Positions 24,875-36,400 of a stretch of 64,000 bases of DNA are shown piece by piece. Positions within the stretch are counted from its first letter, which is position 1; every line of letters begins with the position of its first letter. Source of the DNA: Squalus acanthias (Eukaryota); the NCBI GenBank assembly GCA_030390025.1, contig JASTWF010000335.1:186001-250000 (forward strand), in the 5' to 3' direction. The position numbers were made by a program, and so were the translations under genes. The notes under the pieces were generated by a model. It was not told the origin of the DNA and searched no databases. It saw nothing but the letters and a program-made list of their open reading frames with translations.

Positions 24875-26569
24875 GTTAAACAGGTCCAATTTACTTTATT
24901 GTGTATAATTTAACGAGCTTTTAAATACAGAAGACAAAGTAAAGCACAGCTCGCGCCTCTTAAAGCACCTTTTTTGCGACAAGATTCGATCTGTGTCTTC
25001 GAACTGCAACCAGCTTAATTTGTCGAACCCGTCGGGGTGTTTTTTAAATAATAAAGCGCACCGGGTTTATCCTGTGTCCAACAAACGGAAGATATTCCCG
25101 CAGAGAAAGAGTTTTCGAAGATCAAAATTCTTCTGGGAGATTCGCTATTGTTCCGCTCACAGGAGGGGGCGAGATGAAGTGTTGAGGAAATGGGACGGCT
25201 TCTGTACTTTTCTTTCCCCAAGGTCCTCCCCGGTGGTGGGGTCAAGGGTTAAAGTTCAGAACCATCACCCCCCCCCGGCACTGGTTCGCCCCGCCTGTTC
25301 TGAAGGAGCTGACCGCACGCACCCTCCTGGGCACCCACCTGCTTTGGGAGGGGTTGGGGGCTGCTGGATAGTGATCAGGGGCAGCAGTCGATTGCCGAGC
25401 TTTCTTCCTCCCGCCCCCCCCGACCTCGTTCCCCTCGCCCAGGAGTTTCTGTAACAGGCTGCCCTGGCCCCAGTCTGAGCCTGAAACCCATTAGCGCCGC
25501 ACATGTTTTACAGCAGTGTCATCAAACATTAACAGTGTGAATGTGGGAGTCTGGACAACAGTTCTGTTACCCCACCCCCAAGTAAAAAAAACTGGCAATT
25601 TGGATTTTTTTTTAAGAGAGTGAGAGAGACAGAGCGAGAGAGTGGAGAGAGACAGAGAGAGGCTGAGAGAGACAGAGCGAGAGAGTGGGAGAGAGACAGA
25701 GAGGCAAAGAGAGACAGAGTGAGAGAGACAGAAAGATAGAGTGAGAGAGACAGAGAGAGAGAGTGGGAGAGAGACAGAGAGGCAAAGAAAGACAGAGTGA
25801 GAGAGCGACAGAGAGTGGGAGAGAGTGAGAGCGAGGCAGAAAGACGGAGAGTGGGAGACAGAGAGAGGTAGAGAGAAAGAGAGAGAGGCAGAGAGAGAGA
25901 GAGGCAAAGAGAGAGTCAGAGAGAGACAGAAAGATAGAGAGAGTGACAGACAGACAGAGAGTGAGAGAGAGAGGCAGAGAGAGAAACAGAGACCTCAAAA
26001 CGTACAAGAGGCCATGAAAAATGAGCAGAAAGCGAAGCTGGGAACGGCTGCCTGTGCAAGGTGAGGGGCAAACTGTCGTGAGCCTCCAATCCCTCTGCCC
26101 CCCCCCCCTCCCTCCCCAGTTAAAGGCCAACGAGTAGGAGGGAAATGGCAGGTGGGTGACTCACATCCTGGGAACACGGGTGGAGGGAGGGCTGCTGTTT
26201 ACTGGGAGGGGAGGCGGGGGGAGAGCTGTCCAGTGTCTTAGGGCGAGAAGCCCGAGGGACGATAGTGACCATCACACCCGCCCTGCCCGGAGACGTCCAA
26301 TTCTCGGGCTACGTCGCATCAGGTTAACGTTCAATATTTAACTAACTACAAAGCTCTCTCGGCGGGGTACAAAAAATGAACAGGCGCAACATTAAACCTC
26401 ATACTACAGCAGCAAAGGCAAGATGTGTTTCACAGTAATGGGCAGATGGCTTCTCCCTCTTCCGCGCCCAATGTCCGAGGACAGCAGGCGCCCGGGGCAG
26501 GTCCGGGTCGGGAAGGCCCCTCTGGTGCGCTGGCTGCTAATGGTGATGGTGTCTCCTCAATCTGGGGTG
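24875..26569 (-). other. Probable terminal exon / 3' UTR of the MS4A-like gene
   Basis: Acceptor tttgttttcaacag before 26569; about 1.7 kb of mostly non-TE sequence ending with minus-strand AATAAA at 24900-24895. Reading frame unresolved: phase 0 gives HPRLRRHHHH*, phase 1 gives a 46-aa Pro-rich tail ending at 26430. Confidence 0.45.
25615..25992 (+). repeat. Degenerate (AG)n microsatellite
   Basis: Seen directly. Confidence 0.95.
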
Positions 26570-26579
26570 CTGTTGAAAA

Positions 26580-27950
26580 CAAACGACAACTTATGTTTAC
26601 ACAGCGGCACTTAATCTCGTAAAACGTCCCCAGGCGCTTCACAGGGGCGATTGTCACACAAGGTTTGGCACCGAGCCACACAAGGAGAGATCAGGACAGG
26701 TGACCGAAAGCTTGGTCAAAGAGATAGGGCTGGATTTTGATACTGGGACGGGTTGGGGTCGTGTTGTCCACCCGCCTGCAATTGGATGTGGGAGATTGAT
26801 GCAATTTTCACTTAATTGGGCAATTGAGTTCCAGCATGTGGGAACCCATGACCCAATTAGTGGTTTCAGTCTGAAAGTCGCCTCTGATGATGTCATCATT
26901 GCAGGTCAGCGACTGCTTCGTCTCAGAGACTGCCTGGCCTTTGCTGTGAGAGGACCTGGATGCAAAATGAGCAGCATCTCAGAGAGAGAAGAGAGAATTC
27001 TTTTGCAACCAAGTCCTCCCAGGCAGTCTCTGGAGACATTCAATGCAGGAGCATCAGAGGCGACTTTCAGACCTAATACTACTACTACCTTCATCACATC
27101 TCCGTTGTAATAGGGGACCTGCAGCTGATAGTCAGCTATCCACTTGTGCTCCCGCCAGGTTTCACTGGCGTGTTTCACACCAGGCGTGCTTCACGTGAGA
27201 AAAGGGTTAAACTAGCTAAAACGTTTCAAAATGGCATTACAGAGCCAATTTAGGGCTTGTTAAGGGCTTTAATGGCCTCTCCCGCCGCTTGGAGGCGGGA
27301 CGGAGTCGGGACCCCCGAATCTGCAACTTTAACCCCCCCACACGCCTCCAAACCCGACTCCACGGGTCATTGAAAATCCAGCCCGTAGGGTTTAAGGAGC
27401 ATCTTAAGAACGTAAGAAATAGGAGCAGGAGTCGGCCATTTAAAGGAGGAGAGGGAGGCGGATAGATTTAGAGAGGGAATTCCAGAGCTCAGGGGCCCAG
27501 GCAGCTGAAGGCACGGCCGCCAATGGTGGAGCGATGGAAATCGGGGGATGCGCAAGAGGCCAGAATTGGAGGAGCGCCGAGATCTGGGAGAGTTGTGGGG
27601 CTCAAGGAGATTACAGAGATAGGGAGAGAGGGGGGGGGGGGGGGCGAGGCCATGGAGGGATTTGAAAACGAGGATGGAGGATTTTAAATATGGAGGCGTT
27701 GCTTAACGGGGAGCCAATGTCGGTCGGCGAGCACAGGGGAGATGGGCGAGCGGGACTTGGTGCGAGTTAAGATATGGGGTTAGCAGAGTTTTGGATGAGC
27801 GGATGGCTACGGAGGGTGGAAGGTGGGAGGCCGGCCAGGAGAGCGTTGGAATAGTCGAGTCTGGAGGTAACAAAGGGCAGGGACGAGGGTTTCAGCAGCG
27901 GATGAGCTGAGGCAGGGGTGGAGACGGGCGAGGTTACGGAGGTGGAAGTG
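26580..27950 (-). mobile_element. L2 LINE 3' fragment interrupted by a MITE
   Basis: FHLRNLARLHPCLSSSAAETLV peptide; L2-type 3' tail. Confidence 0.78.
26727..27384 (+). mobile_element. Harbinger-type MITE copy 2
   Basis: Same TIRs; flanks ATA/GTA. Confidence 0.85.
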
Positions 27951-28077
27951 GAAACAGAGTGCCGTCACATGTAAAAAAGGAACGAGAGCCATGGGAAGAG
28001 AGCGAGACGGCGGGAAATGAAGCCAGTCGCTGCCCAGCGAGCTTCCCGCACCCGCAGAACCGCACAGTGCACAAATC

Positions 28078-28962
28078 AAAGAAAGTTACGGCACAGGAGG
28101 AGGCCATTCGGCCCATCGTCTCTGTGCCAGTCGAAAAAGAGCGATCCCAGCCTAATCCCACCTTCCAGCTCTTGGTCTTTCCAGCCACCTGTAGGTTACT
28201 TCAAGTGCATATCCAAGTACTTTTTAAACGTGATGAGGGTTTCTGCCTCTACCACCCTTTCAGGCAGTGAGTTCCAGACCCCTCACCCTCTGGGTGAGAA
28301 AAAATCTCCTCAAATCCCCTCTAAACCTTTTACCAATGACTTTAAATCGATGATCGCTGGTTATTGACCTCTCTGCTAAGGTGTGGAGATGCCGGTGGTG
28401 TTGGACTGGGGTGGACAAATGTGAGAAGTCGCACAACACCAGGTCATAGTCCAACAGCTTTATTTGAAATCACAAGCTTTCGGAGCGCTGCTCCTTCGTC
28501 AGGTGAAGTGAAGAGATGCATATAGGCACAGCATATATAGTCAGAGAACACTGCCAGGTGACTACAGTTAATATTTCTAACTGCCCTTTATCACAGCTCG
28601 GCAGAGAGATAATCACGGCAATCACAGGTGTGGATGGTGTCCAAACAGGTCAGTCAGGAAAACATGACATCAAAGACAAGAAAGATTAACTGTAGTCACC
28701 TGGCAGTGTTCTCTGACTATATATGCCGTGCCTATATGTATCTCTTCACTTCACCTGACGAAGGAGCAGCGCTCCGAAAGCTTGTGATTTCAAATAAAGC
28801 TGTTGGACTATAACCTGGTGTTGAGCGACTTCTCACATTTCTCTGCTAAGGGAAATTGGTCCTTCCTGTCCACTCTATCTCGGCCCCTCATCATTTCATA
28901 CACCTCAATCAAGTCACCCCTCAGCCTCTTCTGTTCCAGAGAAAACAACCCCAGCCTACCCA
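28078..28962 (-). mobile_element. CR1 3' fragment hosting a Penelope-derived insert
   Basis: CR1 3' UTR hairpin region and ORF2 end. Confidence 0.75.
28382..28839. mobile_element. Penelope-derived insert with inverted terminal repeats; hammerhead motifs at 28470-28506 (-) and 28751-28787 (+)
   Basis: TSD TCTCTGCTAAGG (28370-28381 / 28840-28851); inverted arms of about 165 bp. Confidence 0.8.
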
Positions 28963-28964
28963 AT

Positions 28965-31900
28965 AACAAAATACTGTGGCTGCTGGACTCTGAAATAAAA
29001 ACAGAAAATGCTGGAAGTACTCAGCAGGTCAGGCAGCATCTGTGGAGTGAGAAACAGAGTTAACGTTTCAGGTCTGTGACCTTTCGTCAGAACAGGAAAA
29101 AGTTAAGAGATGGAACAGATTTTAACTAGGTGCGGAGGCAGGGAGAGGGGGGAGGGGAGGAAAGAACAATAGGGAAGGTCTGTGATAGGGTGGAAGGCAG
29201 GAGAGATTAAATGTTGCAAATGGGAATGGTAGAATCATCAACAGCTCCCGCCTGAAAAAATAGGGGCCGAGGTTATGGTCTGAACTTGTTGAACTCGATG
29301 TTGAGTCCAGAAGGCTGTAAAGTGCCGAATCGAAAGATGAGGTGCTGTTCCTCGAGCTTCATTGGAACAGTGTAAGAGGCCGAGGACGGTGAGGTCTGAG
29401 TGGGAGTGGAGCGGAGAATTAAAGTGACAGGCGACCAGAAGCTCGGGGTCACCCTTACGGACTGAACGGAGGTGTTCCAGCAAAGCGGTCACCCAATCTG
29501 CGTTTGGTCTCCCCAGTGTAGAGGAGACCACATCGTGAGCAGCAAATACAGTATACTAGATTGCAAGAGGTATAAGTAAATCGCTGTTTCACCTGGAAGG
29601 AGTGTTTGGGGCCCTGGAGAGTAGGAAGGGAGGAGGTAAAAGGGCATCTCCTGCGCTTGCACGGGAAGGTGCCGTGGGGAGGGGAGGGGGTGTTGGGGGT
29701 GATTGAGGAGTGGACCAGGGTGTCGCGGAGGGAGCGATCCCTTCGGAACGCTGAAAGGGGAGGTGAGGGGAAGATGTGTTTGGTGGTGGGATCACGCTGG
29801 AGGTGGCGGAAATGGCGGAGGATGATCCGTTGAATGTGGAGGCTGGTGGGGTGAAAGGTGAGGATAAGGGGAACCTTATCATGGTCCTGGGAGGGAGGGG
29901 AAGGGGTGAGAGCAGAAGTGCGGAAATGGAACGGACGAGGGCCGTGCCAACCACGGTCGAGGGGAATCCTCGGTTGAGGAAAAAAGAAGACATATTGGAA
30001 GCACTGGTATGGAAGGTGGACCAGTGGACGCATTGGTTGTCATCTTCCAAAATTCTATAGATTCTGGAACAGTTCCTGCAGATTGGAGGATTGCAAATGT
30101 AACCCCGCTATTTAAGAAAGGAGGGAGAGAGAAAACGGGGAACTACAGACCTGTTAGCCTCACATCAGTAGTTGGGAAAATGCTGGAATCTATCATAAAG
30201 GATGCAATAACTGGGCACTTAGAAACTAATAGTAAGATTGGGCAGAGTCAACACGGATTTATGAAAGGGAAATCCTGTTTGACAAACCTATTGGAGTTCT
30301 TTGAGGATGTAACTAGTGGAGTAGACAAAGGGGAGCCGGTAGATGTGGTGTATCTGGATTTTCAGAAGGCCTTCATAAGGTCCCACACAAGAGGTTGGTG
30401 AACAAAATTAGGGCACATGGAATTGGGGGTAATATACTAGCATGGATTGAGAATTGGTTAACAGACAGAAAACAAAGAGTAGGGATAAACGGGTCTTTTT
30501 CAGGATGGCAGGCTGTGACTAGTGGGGTACTGCAAGGATCGGCGCTTGGGCCCCAGCCATTCACAATCTATATCAATGATTTGGATGAGGGGACTAAATG
30601 TAACATTTCCAAATTTGTTGATGATACAAAGCTAGGTGGCAGTGTCAGTTGCGAAGAGGATGTGAAGAGGCTTTAAGGGGATCTCGACAGGCTCAGTGAG
30701 TGGGCGAGAACATGGCAGATGGAATATAATGTGGATAAATGTGAAGTTATCCACTTTGGTAGAAAAAACAGAAAGGCAGAGTATTTCCTAAATGGTGGAA
30801 GATTGGGGAATGCAGATGCTCAAAGGGACCTGGGTGTCCTTGTACATGAGTCACTGAAAGTGAATGTGCAGGTGCAGCAAGCCATTAGGAAGGCAAATGG
30901 TATGCTGGCCTTCATTACAAGAGGATTTGAGTACAGGAGTAAAGAAGTCTTACTCCAATTATATAGGGCCTTGGTGAGACCATACCTGGAGTACTGTGTA
31001 CAATTTTGGTCTCCTTACCTAAGGAAGGATATACTTGCCATAGAGGGAGTGCAACGAAGGTTCACAAGATTGATTCCTGGGATGGCAGGACTGTCGTATG
31101 AGAAGAGATTGAGTAAACTAGGCCTGTATTCTCTTGAATTCAGAAGAATGAGAGGGGATCTCATTGAAGCATACAAAATTATTACAGGGCTTGATAGGAT
31201 GGATGCTGGGAGAATGTTTCCCTTGGCTGGGGAGTCGAGAACAAGCAGCCACAGCCTCAAGATAAAGGGTAGGCCATTCAGGACTGAGATGAGAAGAAAT
31301 TTCTTCACACAGAGGGTGGTGAATCTTTGGAATTCTCTACCCCAGAGGGCTGTGGAGGCTCAGTCATTGGGTATATTCAAAACAGAAGTCGATAGATTTC
31401 TGACTAGTAAGGGCATCAAGGGATATGGCGATAGGGCCGGTGAATGGAGTTGAGGCAGAAGATCAGCCATCATCTCATTGAATGGTGGAGCAGGCTCGAA
31501 GGGCCGAATGGCCTACTCCTGCTCCTATTTCTTATGTTCTTATGTAAGGTGGCATCGTCAGAACAGATGCAACGGAGATGGGAGAAACTGGGAGAATGGA
31601 ATAGAGTCCTTACAGGAAGCGGGGTGGGAGGAAGTGTAGTCCAGGTAGCTGTGGGAGTCAGTGTGCTTATGGTGAATGTTTGTTGATAGCCGATCCCCAG
31701 AGATGGAGACAGAGAAGTTGAAGAAGGGAAGGGAAGGGAAGAGTCAGAATTCTGACAGCAGGGGGAAGACTCCTGGCCAAAGAAGTGGTCACAGAGATGA
31801 AGGCGACGGCATCAGGCCGAGCTCGAAAGTCATTGCGATGGGGGGCGTAAGGGGATGAAGCTCAGGCCTTTGCTGAGGACTGATGGTTCGGGATCAGAGA

Positions 31901-31980
31901 GGGGAAGGTCAGAGGGGATAGTGAAAACGCGGCAGGGAGTGAGATTGGCAAAAGGGATGGAGTCAGAGGAAAGTGAAGGG
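28965..31980 (-). mobile_element. Degenerate Penelope-like retroelement (N-terminus, post-RT linker, GIY-YIG region, terminal repeat with hammerhead at 29059-29093), internally deleted and split by CR1
   Basis: VFTIPSDLPLS..VLSKGLSF, AFRRDRSLRDTLVHS and NLVYCICCSRCGLLYTGETKRRLGDRF peptides. Confidence 0.85.
30020..31545 (+). mobile_element. 5'-truncated CR1 inserted in the Penelope element
   Basis: RT motifs; AAGGTGG duplicated at both ends; the host peptide ICSDDATFHTSAS is restored on removal. Confidence 0.92.
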
Positions 31981-31984
31981 GAAG

Positions 31985-33250
31985 AAGCCTATCCAATCTT
32001 TTCTCACCGCTAAAATTTTCCAGTCCTGGCAACATCCTTGTAAATCTCCTCTGTACCCTCTCTAGTGCAATCACATCCGTCCTGTAATGTGGTGACCACA
32101 ACTGCACACAGTACTCCAGCTGTGGCCTAACTAGTGTATTATACAATTCAAGCATAACCTCCCTGCTCGTACATTCTATGCCTCGGCTAATAAAGGAGAG
32201 TATCCCGTATGCCTTCTTAACCACCTTATCTACCTGTCTTGCTATCTGCACTCCAACATCCCTCTGTTCCTCTACACTTCTCAGCAGGAGGGATAGAATA
32301 TAAAAATAGGGAGGTATTGCTTCAGTTGTATAAGGTATTGGTGAGACCGCACCTGGAATACTGCATACAGTTTTGGTGTCCATACTGAAGAAAAGACATA
32401 CTTGCTCTCGAGTCAGTACAAAGAAGGTTCACTCGGTTAATCCCGGGGATGAGGGGATGGACATATGAGGAGAGGTTGGGTAGATTGGGACTCTACTCAT
32501 TGGAGTTCAGAAGAATGAGAGGCGATCTTATTGAAACATATAAGATTGTGAAGGGGTTGGATCGGGTGGATGCGGGGAGGATGTTCCCGATGATGGGTGA
32601 GACTAGAACTAGGGGGCATAGTCTTAGAATAAGGGGCTGCTCTTTCAAAACTGAGATGAGAAGGAACTACTTCACTCAGACGGTGGTAGGTCCATGGAAT
32701 ATGCTGCCCCAAAAAACTGTAGAAGCTACATCATTACATAAATTTAAAACAGAAATCGACAGTTTCCTAGAAGTAAAGGGAATTAAGGGTTACGGGGAGC
32801 GGGCAGGAATTTGGACATGAGTCCAGGTTCGGATCGGTCATGGCCCTGTGGGTAGCGGAGCGGGCCCAGGGGCCGTGTAGCCTGATCCTGCTCCTATTTC
32901 GTGTGTCCAATTCTGTTAGGTTCAGGAGATGGTTCTGTGATAGATAGTAGATTGGCGGTTAGGATCAGATCAGCCATGATCTTATTGAATGGCGCAGCAG
33001 GCTCGAGGGGCCAATTGGCCTACTCCTGCTCCTATTTCTTATGTTCTTATATGCTCGGCCCATTGCATCAGTGCCGGCCCTTTGAAAGTGCAATCCAATT
33101 GAGTCCAACACACCCCTGCTCGATGCAGAATCCTACAGCACAGGAGGGCATTCAGCCCATCGTGCCTGTGCTGGCTCTTGGAAAGAGCTATTCAATTAGC
33201 CCCACTAGCCCCACCAGCCCACCAACCCCTCTCTTTCTCCCGTAGCCCAG
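31985..33250. mobile_element. Cluster of CR1 3' fragments on both strands
   Basis: ORFs 31862-32383 (-) and 32449-32820 (+); cttatgtt tail. Confidence 0.82.
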
Positions 33251-33438
33251 AAAAATGAGTTACTTTTTTGAATGTTCACCAATTACTGTTGCGTACTGGC
33301 TCCAGTTCTTTGTCACCTCGAGAATCACGGCCAAACATGTCACCATGTCACCATCATATTGTGCCCACCCATCTGCCAAGGACAGAATCCGTATCCTTAT
33401 ATGAATAGTGACACAGTGCAGCTACTTCCTGTTGAGGG

Positions 33439-36400
33439 GTAACATGACCTCTACACTACTGTACCCTGGATTATTAGTCCAGTAACATAACCCCTACACT
33501 ACTGTACCCTGGATTATTAGTCCAGTAACATAACCCCTACACCACTGTACCCTGAATTATTAGTCCAGTAACATAACCCCTACACTACTGCACCCTGGAT
33601 TATTAGTCCAGTAACATAACCCCTACACTACTGTACCCTGAATTATTAGTCCAGTAACATAACCCCTACACTACTGCACCCTGGATTATTAGTCCAGTAA
33701 CATAACCCCTACACTACTGCACCCTGGATTATTAGTCCAGTAACATAACCTCTACACTACTGTACCCTGAATTATTAGTCCAGTAACATAAACCCTACAC
33801 TACTGTACCCTGGATTATTAGTCCAGTAACATAACCCCTACACTACTGTACCCTGGATTATTAGTCCAGTAACATAACCCCTACACTACTGTACCCTGGA
33901 TTATTAGTCCAGTAACATAACCACTACACTACTGTACCCTGGATTATTAGTCCAGGAACATAACCCCTACACTACTGTACCCTGGATTATTAGTCAAGTA
34001 ACATAACCACTACACTACCATACCCTGGATTATTAGTCCAGTAACATAACCACTACACTACTGTACCCTGGATTATTAGTCCAGTAACATAACCCCTACA
34101 CTACTGTACCCTGGATTATTAGTCCAGCAACATAACCCCTGCACTACTGTACCCTGGATTATTAGTCCAGTAACATAACCCCTACACTACTGTACCCTGG
34201 ATTATTAGCCCTGTAACATAACCCCTACACTACTGTACCCTGGATTATTAGTCCAGTAACATGAACCCTACAATACTGTACCCTGGATTATTAGTCCAGT
34301 AACATAACCACTACACTAATGTACCCTGGATTATTAGTCCAGTAACATGAGCAGTGGTGCAGGAGGGAGGGATTCAAATACCTGAGGCATTGGAACCAGT
34401 TCTGGGGGAAGTGGGACCTGTACAAAAGGGACGGTCTGCACTTGGGCAGGACTGGAACCGATGTCCTCGGGGTAATATTTGCTAAGGCAGTTCGGGAGGA
34501 TTTAAACTAATATGGCAGGGGAATGGGAACCTATGTAGCGAAACAGGGGGAAGTAATATGCAGTCAGAAACAAATGTTAGAAGGGTGAGAAACAATAAGG
34601 GAAATCCGAGTAAACAAAGGCAAGAAACACAAAGGGCCATACTAAATCATAAGTCTAAAAGGACAAAGGGTGTTAATAAAACAAGCCTAAAGGCTCTGTG
34701 TCTTAATGCAAGGAGTATCCGTAATAAGGTGGATGAATTGACTGTGCAAATTGATGTTAACGGATATGATGTGATTGGGATTACAGAGACGTGGCTCCAG
34801 AACAATCAAGGCTGGGAACTGAATATCCAGGGGTATTCAACATTCAGGAAGGATAGAATAAAAGGAAAAGGGGGTGGGGTAGCATTGCTGGTTAAAAAGG
34901 AGATTAATGCAATAGCTAGGAAGGACATTAGCTTGGAGGATGTGGAATCAATATGGGTTGAGCTGCAGAACACCAAAGGGCAGAAAACGTTAGTGGGGGT
35001 TGTGTACAGACCTCCAAACAGCAGTAGTGAGGTGGGGGAGGGTATGAAACAGGAAATCAGAGGTGCATGCAAAAAAGGCGCAGCAGTTATCATGGGTGAC
35101 TTTAATATGCATATAGATTGGGCTACTCAAACTGGAAACAATACGGTGGAGGAGGATTTCCTGGAGTGTTTAAGGGATGGTTTCCTAAACCAATATGTTG
35201 AGGAACCAACTAGAGGGGAGGCCATCCTGGACTGGGTGTTGTGTAATGAGGAAGGACTAATCAGCAATCTTGTGGTGCGAGGCCCCTTGGGGAAGAGTGA
35301 CCATAGTATGGTGGAGTTCTACATTAGGATGGAGAAGGAAACAGTTAATTCAGAGACCATGGTCCAGAACTTAAATAAGGGCAACTTTGAGGGTATGAGG
35401 CGTGAATTGGCGAGGTTAGATTGGCAAGCGATATTTAAGGGGTTATCAGTGGAAGGGCAATGGCAGACATTTAGAGATCGCATGGATGAACTACAGCAAT
35501 TGTACATCCCTGTCTGGCGTAAAAATAAAAAAGGGAAGGTGGCTCAACCATGGCTAACAAGGGAAATCAGGGATAGTATTAAAAGCAAGGAAGTGGCATA
35601 CAAATTGGCCAGAAGTAGCAGCAAACCCAGGGACTGGGAGAACTTTAAAACTCAGCAGAGGAGGACGAAGGGTTTGATTAGGGCAGGGAAAATAAAATAT
35701 GAAAGGAAGCTTGCGGAGAACATTAAAACGGACTGCAAAAGCTTCTATAAATATGTAAAAAGAAAGAGGTTAGTAAAAACAAACGTAGGTCCCCTGCAGT
35801 CAGAAACAGGGGAAGTCATAATGGGGAACAAAGAAATGGCAGATCAATTGAACAAGTACTTTGGTTCGGTGTTTACTGTGGAGGACACAAACAACCTTCC
35901 GGAAATAAAAGAGATCAAAGGATCTGGTAAGAGGGAGGAGCTGAGGGAAATCCTTATCAGTCGGGAAATTGTTGGGACTGAAGGCTGATAAATCCCCAGG
36001 GCCTGATGGTCTGCATCTCAGAGTACTTAAGGAGGTGGCCTTGGAAATAGTGGATGCATTGACGATCATTTTCCAACATTCCTTAGACTCTGGATCAGTT
36101 CCGAAGGAGTGGAGGGTGGCTAATGTAACCCCTCTTTTTAAAAAAGGAGGGAGGGAGAAAGCAGGGAATTATAGACCGGTCAGCCTGACATCGGTGGTGG
36201 GTAAAATGATGGAATCAATTATTAAAGATGTCATAACAGACCATTTGGAAAGTGGCGACATGATAGGTCCAAGTCAGCATGGATTTGTGATAGGGAAATC
36301 ATGCTTGACAAATCTTCTGGAATTTTTTGAGGATGTTTCCAATAGGGTGGACGGGGGGGAAACCAGTAGATGTGGTGTATTTGGACTTTCAGAAGGCCTT

